Assembly: GCF_963921235.1 (NCBI RefSeq)
Contig: NC_086097.1
Location: 200,572,001 to 200,636,000, forward strand
DNA length: 64,000 nucleotides
Direction of reading: 5' to 3'
DNA from: Mobula hypostoma
Taxonomy: Eukaryota
Each line of letters begins with the position of its first letter. Within the stretch, counting starts at the first letter, position 1. A model generated the notes under the pieces. It was given only the letters and a program-made list of their open reading frames with translations. It searched no databases and had not been told where the DNA came from. Shown piece by piece: positions 55,961-64,000 of this stretch. Position numbers and translations under genes: made by a program.

Positions 55961-58900
55961 CTTCATTGTCGCCAAACAATTCATACTAGAATGTACAATC
56001 ATCACAGCGATATTTGATTCTGCGCTTCCCGCTCCCTGGATTACAAATATTAAATATTAAAAATATGAAAAATAGTTAAAAAATAGTAAATATTAAAAAT
56101 TCACATTATAAATCATAAATAGAAAATAGAAAAATGGAAAGTAAGGTAGTGCAAAAAAAACCGAGAGGCAGGTCCGGATATTTGGAGGGTACAGCCCAGA
56201 TCTGGGTCAGGATCCGTTCAGCAGTCTTATCACAGTTGGAACGAAGCTGTTCCCAAATCTGGCCATACGAGTCTTCAAGCTCCTGAGCGTTCTCCCGGAG
56301 GGAAGAGGGACGAAAAGTGTGTTGGCTGGGTGGGCTGTGTCCTTGATTATCCTGGCAGCACTGCTCCGACACCGTGCGGTGTAAAGTGAGTCCAAGGACG
56401 GAAGACTGGTTTGTGTGATGTGCTGTGCCGTGTTCACGATCTTCTGCAGGTTCTTTCGGTCTTAGACAGGATAACTTCCATACCAGGTTGTGATGCACCC
56501 TAGAAGAATGCTTTCTACGGTGCATCTATAAAAATTAGTGAGGGTTTTAGGGGACAGGCCAAATTTCTTTAGTTTTCTCAGGAAGTAAAGGAGCTGGTGG
56601 GCCTTCTTGGCAGTGAACTCTGCTTGGTTGGACCAAGTCAGGACATTTGTGATACTGACCCCGAGGAACTTAAAGCTTTTGACCAGTTCCACTTGCGCAC
56701 CACCAATGTAAATTGGGTCGTGCGGTCTGCTACTCCTTCTGAAGTCAACAACCAATTCCTTCCTCTTGCTGACGTTGAGGGATAGGTTATTGTCTTTGCA
56801 CCATGCCACCAGGTTCTTAATTTCCTCTCTGTACTCAAACTCATCATTACCCGAGATATGGCCTACAATTGTTGTGTCATCAGCAAACTTAAATATTGAG
56901 TTTGATGGAAACTTGGCGACACAATCATGGGTGTACAGTGAGTACAGCAGGGGGCTGAGTACACAGCCTTGTGGGGCACTGGTGCTCAGAGTGATTGTAG
57001 AGGAGAGCTTGTCCCCTATTTTTACAGCCTGGGTCCTGTCTGTGAGGAAGTTGAAGATCCAGCCGCAGATCTGAGTGCTAAGGCACAGGTTCCGGAGCTT
57101 AGGAATCAGTTTATTTGGAATTATGGTATTAAAGGCAGAGCTGTAGTCAATGAAAAGGAGCCTTACGTATGCGTCTTTATTCTCCAGGTGTTCTAAGGAG
57201 GAATGTAGGGCTAGAGAGATGGCATCTGCCGTTGACCTGTTGCTCCGGTAGGCGAATTGCAAAGCGTTGAGGTTGACCGGTAGGCTGTGGTTGGTGTGTG
57301 CCATAACCAATCGCTCGAAGCACTTCATAGCAATTGATGTCACAGCCACAGGTCGATAGTCATTCAGGCATGCCACCTTGCTCTTCTTCGGCACTGGGAT
57401 TATCATTGCCTTCGTAAAACCTGTTGGGATCTTAGACTGAAGCAAGGAGCAGTTAAAGATGTCAGCAAACACTCCAGCTAGCTCACTTGCACAGACCCGG
57501 AGAATCCGTCCCTGGACGCCATCTGGGCCCGTCGCCTTCCTTGGATTTATCTTCAGGAAGGCCCTTCTAACGTCCTCCTCCGTGAGGTTGAATCTCGATA
57601 CCACCAGATCCGGTTCATCTAGAGGGAGTGGGACACTCCTCTTCTGTTCAAATCTTGCGTAGAATACGTTAAGTTCATCAGAAAGAGAAGCCCCACAGTT
57701 ATTGATATTCCCAGCCTTTCCTTCGCGTCAAGTGATCTCATTTAGACCCTGCCATAGTCTACTGGCATCTCTCTGGTTAGCCTGGGCTTCCAACTTGACT
57801 CGATATTGCTTCTTTTGCGCCCTTAATGGCTTTCCGGAGTTCACGCCTGGATTCCGTGTAGCGACTGGTATCCCCGGACCTAAAAGACGCAGCTCTAGCC
57901 TTTAAAAGGGACTTGATAGCTGAGGCATACTCATCAGGGTTAGCTGCCGAGTCCTTGAATACTAACCAGTCCACTGATTCAAAGCAGTCACGGAGGACCT
58001 CATCCGTTTCCTCCGTCCAACGCGACACTACTTTTGACACCGTGACCTCCCACTTGAGTTTCTGTTTGTAAACCGGGAGGAGGAGTATGGCCTGATGGTC
58101 CAATTTTCCGAAGTGAGGTCATGGGACAGAACTGTAGGCATCCATGACCGCTGTGTAGCAGTGGTCAAGTATATTCAGGCCTCTCGTGAGGCAGGAGACA
58201 TGTTGGTATAACTCTGGCAGCGCCCTTCTGAGGTTGGACTGGTTAAAGTCCCCGGCTGTAATGAGCAAAGCCTCCGGATACGTGGTCTCAAGTTCACTGA
58301 TGTTGGCATACAGTATGTTCAGAGCACACTCCACGTCCACCTGGGGGCGAAATGTAGACCGCTGTCAGTATGACTGAGGTGAATTCCCATGGCAGATAGT
58401 AGGGACGACACTTCACCGACAGGTGTTCCAGGTCTGGGCTGCAGGAACTTGTCAGTGCCACTGTGTCCCAGCACCACGCAGTGTTGATCAGTAGGCAGAC
58501 ACCACCTCCCCTTGTCTTGCCCGAAGACATTGCGCGGTCCATCGGATGGATCGAAAATCCCTCCGGTCGGATGGCATAGTCAGGGGTGGCAGGGGAGAGC
58601 CAGGTATCGGTGAAACAGAATACACAACAGTTCTGCATCTCCCTGCAGTAGGTGGGTCTCCCTTTAAGATCATCCACCTTGTTCTCTATGGCTTGCATAT
58701 TCGCTAGTAGGATGGTGGGCATAGGGACCCTGAAGCCCCTCAGCTTCAATCTGACTAGCAGACCAGCTCTTTCCCCACATTTCCTCGGTAAATAGTGCAT
58801 CTTTCCAGGTTTCCATCGATGCAGTGTGTTGTTGTCAGCTCTTTGAGGTTGGTGGACGCATCCCATGGGGATCGATCAGCCGGTCGCGTTGTTGGGCGCT

Positions 58901-59525
58901 CTGGGTCAGGCCGAGTGACGGGGGAGGCTCCGCTGCCACTTCCAGCTGCCAGGGGCCCGGGCTGTTGATTGGGTCGGGCCCCGAAGCCAACACTTAATCC
59001 TGGATGGCCGGGCTCCTGGCTGAAACAAGTCTGTAAACTGAGTCACGGTTGCGGAGGCCTCCGCTCCAGCCGAGCCTTGGGCTCGATTTCCAAGGTCGGT
59101 GGCAGAGGCCTGACTTCCGGCAGCTGTAGATGGCCACCCACAGGGCTTTATGGTGGTCGCTCAGGGGAAGAGTCTGGAGCACCTTGAGGTCTCCGCCATC
59201 ACTTCTGTGTGGTTGTCTGCTCCGGAGAGGTGCTGGTCAGAATGGGCCGTGTCTGCAAGCGCTCCAGCACAGTAGCAGACCGCAGGTCTCCGGGAACGTG
59301 GTGGGTCTCGCTGGTCGGGTCCAGGTGCGGTCTGGAGTTTAAGAAGCAATTCTGGTGCGGTGGTCTCCAGCTGAGTCAGTAGCTTCGCCAGGGTGTTGTT
59401 GATCTTGCTAGATGTAGCAGATTTAAGGTTTAGAAGGGTTTCTCGGGTCTAGGATAGTGGAGAGGGCAGTTTGCTTGGGAGAGCACGCGCAGAGTCGCCA
59501 GTTACTGGCGCCATCTTTCTTTCTT
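55961..59525 (-). mobile_element. Full-length Rex1/Babar-type LINE with frameshifts and stops
   Basis: 5' AAGATGGCGCC; GGGVCLLIN, AGDFN, LDHCY, NDYRPVA, FIDYSSAFNTI, KFADDTT, KKAHQLLYFLRKLKKF; AGTTATA at both junctions. Confidence 0.9.
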
Positions 59526-59826
59526 AGTTATATAGAGTAAAAAAGGGAGGTGAGATTTGATATTGAACCACTGGAGAATGATGTTTCTCTCACTCTCCTT
59601 TTTCTCCCTCTGTCCCTCTGAATATACCCCTTGCCCATCCTCTGGGTCCCCCCTCCCCCTTGTCTTTCTTCCCGGACCTCCTGTCCCATGATCCTCTCAT
59701 ATCCCTTTTTGCCTATCACCTGTCCAGCTCATGGCTCTATCCCTCCCCCTCCTGTCTTCTCCTATCATTTTGGATCTCCCCCTCCCCCTCCAACTTTCAA
59801 ATCCCTTACTCACTCCTCCTTCAGTT

Positions 59827-59862
59827 AGTCCTGACGAAGGGTCTCGGCCTGAAACGTCGACT
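59827..59862 (+). ncRNA. Minimal type I hammerhead ribozyme motif, 5' pLTR
   Basis: AGUC-CUGACGA-AGG gucucgg CCU-GAAAC-GUC^GACU; all core nucleotides present. Confidence 0.82.
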
Positions 59863-59996
59863 GCACCTCTTCCTAGAGATGCTGCCTGGCCTGCTGCGTT
59901 CACCAGCAACTTTGATGTGTGTTGCTTGAATTTCCAGCATCTGCAGAATTCCTGTTGTTTGCGTTTAAATTCACTACTGCGAAGCCTCTTCCGGTG

Positions 59997-62900
59997 ATGC
60001 CTACACCGAAGAAGTTTAGATCCTCTCTTTGACGGGAGTTCAGTGAAACCATCTCTCACTGCTCCCCATCTGTAATTTCTTCGGCTCTTCAACTTTTCGA
60101 CCACACTTTGACTCAGACTCGCTATCACAGCCATATATCCTTTCTTGGAACGTGCCTCCGTTGCCAACTTACTCCAGTTAGCTTTAGGATTCGTTTCCAA
60201 GCCTCTCAATTTGGACCTTCTGAGGATCCCAGGTACTCACATTTTATTGACTCTGCCTCTCGCCGCTTCTCCCGTCAAGCTCTGAAGGCGACTCTCTCTG
60301 CCGTGAGGAGGTACTTGGTGTCCCTATCCCAGACCCTTCCACACCTTCGGGACACTTTCTTCGCCGTCTGTAATGGTCCTACCCGTTATTTCATCCTCCG
60401 TTGGATTCACGCCTGCAATCGCCGTTTTTTTGACTTTGTAATGTTAGGCAAAGATCGCAAGATCCTACATCTACAGACTCCAGAGCATGCCGGCCCCGAC
60501 GCTAGCAGGCATGAACTTCAGATTGCGGCCCCCGCCATTGATCTCGCCGGCTCCAACACCTCAGGGCATATTCAAAACCTGGACTCCAGCTACGACCATG
60601 GAGACATTCAAAGCAATTGCGCAACCACCAACTGCGATGCCAGCCTTGAACTCCAGGCCAGGTCTTCAAGTGCTGCTGTTGTGACTCCCGTCTCCCCTTC
60701 CCCCACCACCACTCCGCAGCCCCGTCTTCCTCAGATCCCACCGTCAACTCCTGGGCCCTCAGAGGCTCCATCTTCCTCTCACCCCAACCCTCCCCTCTCC
60801 ATTGACACCCCCAGCCTCCCTCTGATCCCAGCTCTCATCCGTGCCGGGTCTTTACCATCCCCTCCGATCTTCAACTGTCGGAGGCAGAACGCTATGTTCT
60901 CAGTAAGGGCCTCACTTTTGTCCCCCTTCGCCCACACCTCAGCGAGTTCCGTGTTCGCCACGATGCGGAACTTTTCTTCCGCCGTCTCCGTCTCCGAGCC
61001 TACTTCTTCGGCAAGGACTCTTCCACCCCCACCGATGACCCCTTCTCCCGTCTTCAACCCTCCTCTTCTTCATGGACACCCGCTCTGGTCTTCTGCCTGC
61101 TCTGGATCTCTTTACTGCTAACTGCCGACGGGACATCAACCGTCTCGACTTCACTGCACCTTGTCCCCATTCCAACCTCACTCCTTCGGAACGCTCTGCT
61201 CTCCACTCCCTCCGCACTAATCCTAACCTTATTATTAAACCCGCCGATAAGGGGGGTGCTGTTGTAGTCTGGCGTACTGACCTCTACCTTGCCGAGGCAC
61301 AGCAACAACTCGCGGATACCTCCCCTTATTTACCCCTCGATCGTGACCCCACTAAGGAGCACCAGGCCATTGTCTCCCACACCATCACCGACTTTATCCG
61401 CTCAGGGGATCTCCCATCCACTGCTACCAACCTTATAGTTCCCACACCCCGCACTTCCCGTTTCTACCTCCTACCCAAGATCCACAAACCTGCTTGTCCT
61501 GGCCGACCTATTGTCTCAGCTTGCTCCTGCCTCACCGAACTCATTTCTGCATACCACGACACTGTTTTATCACCCCTTGTTCAATCCCTTCCGACCTATG
61601 TTCGTGACACTTCTCAGGCTCTTAAACTTTTCGATGATTTTAAATTCCCTGGCCCCCACCCCTTTATTTTCACCATGGATGTCCAGTCCTTATATACTTC
61701 CATCCCCCATCAGGAAGGTCTCAAAGCTCTACGCTTCTTTTTGGATTCCAGACCTAATCAGTTCCCCTCTACCACCACTCTGCTCCGTCTAGCGGAATTA
61801 GTCCTTACTCTTAATAATTTTTCCTTTGGCTCCTCCCACTTCCTCCAAACTAAAGGTGTAGCTATGGGCACCCTATGGGTCCTAGCTATGCCTGCCTTTT
61901 TGTTGGGTTTGTGGAACTATCTATGTTCCGTGCCTATTCTGGTATCTGTCCCCCACTATTCCTTCGCTACATCGATGACTGCATTGGCGCTGCTTCCTGC
62001 ACGCATGCAGAACTCGTTGACTTTATAACTTTGCTTCCAACTTTCACCCTGCCCTCAAGTTTACCTGGTCCATTTCCGACACCTCCCTCCCCTTTCTAGA
62101 TCTTTCTGTCTCTGTCTCTGGAGACAGCTTATCCACTGATGTCTACTATAAGCCTACTGACTCTCACAGCTATCTGGACTATTCCTCTTCTCACCCTGTC
62201 TCTTGCAAAAACGCCATCCCCTTCTCCCAATTCCTCCGTCTCCGCCGCATCTGCTCTCAGGATGAGGCTTTTCATTCTAGGACGAGGGAGATGTCTTCCT
62301 TTTTTAAAGAAAGGGGCTTCCCTTCCTCCACTATCAACTCTGCTCTTAAACGCATCTCCCCCATTTCACGTACATCTGCTCTCACTCCATCCTCCCGCCA
62401 CCCCACTAGGAATAGGGTTCCCCTGGTCCTCACCTATCACCCCACCAGCCTCCGGGTCCAACGTATTATTCTCCGTAACTTCCGCCACCTCCAACGGGAT
62501 CCCACCACTAAGCACATCCTTCCCTCCCCCGCTCTCTCTGCATTCCGCAGGGATCGCTCCCTACACAACTCCCTTGTCCATTCGTCCCCCCCATCCTTCC
62601 CTACTGATCTCCCTCCTGGCACTTATCCGTGTAAGCGGAACAAGTGCTACACATGCCCTTACACTTCCTCCCTTACCACCATTCAGAGCCCCAAACAGTC
62701 CTTCCAGGTGAGGCAACACTTCACCTGTGAGTCGACTGGGGTCATATACTGCGTCCGGTGCTCCCGATGTGGCCTTTTATATATTGGCAAGACCCGACGC
62801 AGACTGGGAGACCACTTTGCTGAACATCTACGCTCTGTCCGCCAGAGAAAGCAGGATCTCCCAGTGGCCACACATTTTAATTCCACATCCCATTCCCATT

Positions 62901-63033
62901 TGACATGTCTATCCACGGCCTCCTCTACTGTAAAGATGAAGCCACACTCAGGTTGGAGGAACAACACCTTATATTCCGTCTGGGTAGCCTCCAACCTGAT
63001 GGCATGAACATCGACTTCTCTAACTTCCGCTAA
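59997..63033 (+). pseudogene. PLE polyprotein: RT, Cys linker and GIY-YIG endonuclease; frameshifted
   Basis: ATG at 59997 with an early TGA; IIKPADKGG, FYLLPKIHK, GRPIVS, MDVQSLYTSIP, GVAMG, FLRYIDD, CKRNKCYTC, GVIYCVRCSRCGLLYIG; ends GMNIDFSNFR-TAA. Confidence 0.9.
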
Positions 63034-63329
63034 GGCCCCACCTCCCCCTCGTATCCCTTCTGTTACTCATTTTTATGCACACATTCTTTCTCTCACTCTC
63101 CTTTTTCTTCCTCTGTCCCTCTGAATATACCCCTTGCCCATCCTCTGGGTCCCCCCCCCCACTTGTCTTTCTTCCCGGACCTCCTGTCCCATGATCCTCT
63201 CGTATCCCCTTTTGCCTATCACCTGTCCAGCTCTTGGCTCTATCCCTTCCCCTCCTGTCTTCTCCTATCATTTTGGATCTCCCCCTCCCCCTCCAACTTT
63301 CAAATCCCTTACTCACTCTTCCTTCAGTT

Positions 63330-63365
63330 AGTCCTGACGAAGGGTCTCGGCCTGAAACGTCGACT
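63330..63365 (+). ncRNA. Minimal type I hammerhead ribozyme motif, 3' pLTR
   Basis: Identical to 59827-59862. Confidence 0.82.
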
Positions 63366-64000
63366 GCACCTCTTCCTAGAGATGCTGCCTGGCCTGCTGC
63401 GTTCACCAGCAACTTTGATGTGTGTTGCTCAGAGAATGATGTTAGTGAGGTAGTAACAGGGGACAAAGAAATAGCAGAACTTAATGGGTACTTTGTATCT
63501 GTCTTCACTATGGAAGACACTAGCAGTGTGCCAGAGGTCCCTAGGTGTCAGGGAGCCATTGCTACTACAAAGGAAAGGTGCTAGGCAAACTGAAAGGTCT
63601 TGAGGTGGATAAATCACCTGGACCAGATGGACTACAGCCCAGGTCCTGAGAGAGGTTGCTGAAGAGATAATGGAAGCATTGGTTACAACTGTTCAAGAAT
63701 CACTTGATTTTGGCATGGTCCCAGAAGATTGCAAATGTCACTCCACTCTTTAAGAAGGGAGGAAGGCAAAAGAAAGATAGTTTTAGGCCAGTTAGCTTAA
63801 CCTCAGTGGTTGGGAAAGTGTTGGAGTCTATTTTTAAGGATGAGGTTTCGAGGTACTTGGAGACTAATGTTAAAACGAGTCACAGTCAGCATGGTTGCTG
63901 TAAAATCTTGCCTGACAAATCTGTTAAGAGCTCTTTGAGGAAGTAACAAGCAGGGTGAACAACGGAAAGGCAGTGGATTTCATTCACGTGGATTTTCAGA

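Larger units (their letters stand above)
59586..63431 (+). mobile_element. Full-length Penelope-like retroelement (Neptune-type) with direct pLTRs
   Basis: Direct repeats at 59586-59926 and 63089-63429; 12-bp TSD GAGAATGATGTT at 59574-85 and 63432-43; RT plus GIY-YIG coding remnants. Confidence 0.95.
53681..64000 (+). mobile_element. CR1 LINE (ORF1 esterase end, endonuclease, RT start) hosting four insertions; runs off the window
   Basis: LFWG.WD.YKRD..HLNPRGTNIL; YDIVGI.ESWL; IYRPP; SPGPDGL; FRPVSLTSVVGK. Host sequence rejoins across each insert. Confidence 0.85.

Overview
Vertebrate genomic DNA, inferred from its repeat families to be a cartilaginous fish. One host gene is supported: GAREM1 (FAM59A) on the minus strand. 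Its last three coding exons are 27355-26195, 20303-20146 (absent from the ORF track) and 12464-11528 (SAM domain, stop codon). All splice sites are GT-AG and the phases match. Upstream exons were not found, so 27.4-64 kb is probably one large intron. Most of the rest is transposable elements, many nested: CR1, Rex1/Babar and L1 LINEs, a near-intact Gypsy LTR element, Tc1/mariner/pogo elements, SINEs, a non-autonomous Helitron and Penelope-like (Neptune-type) retroelements. The most notable hidden structure is four intact minimal hammerhead ribozyme motifs in the Penelope-like terminal repeats. Two flank a full-length element in tandem, and two lie on opposite strands of an inverted insertion in GAREM1's last intron. 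Degenerate copies are also scattered through the window. Family assignments come from recalled motifs, not database searches.
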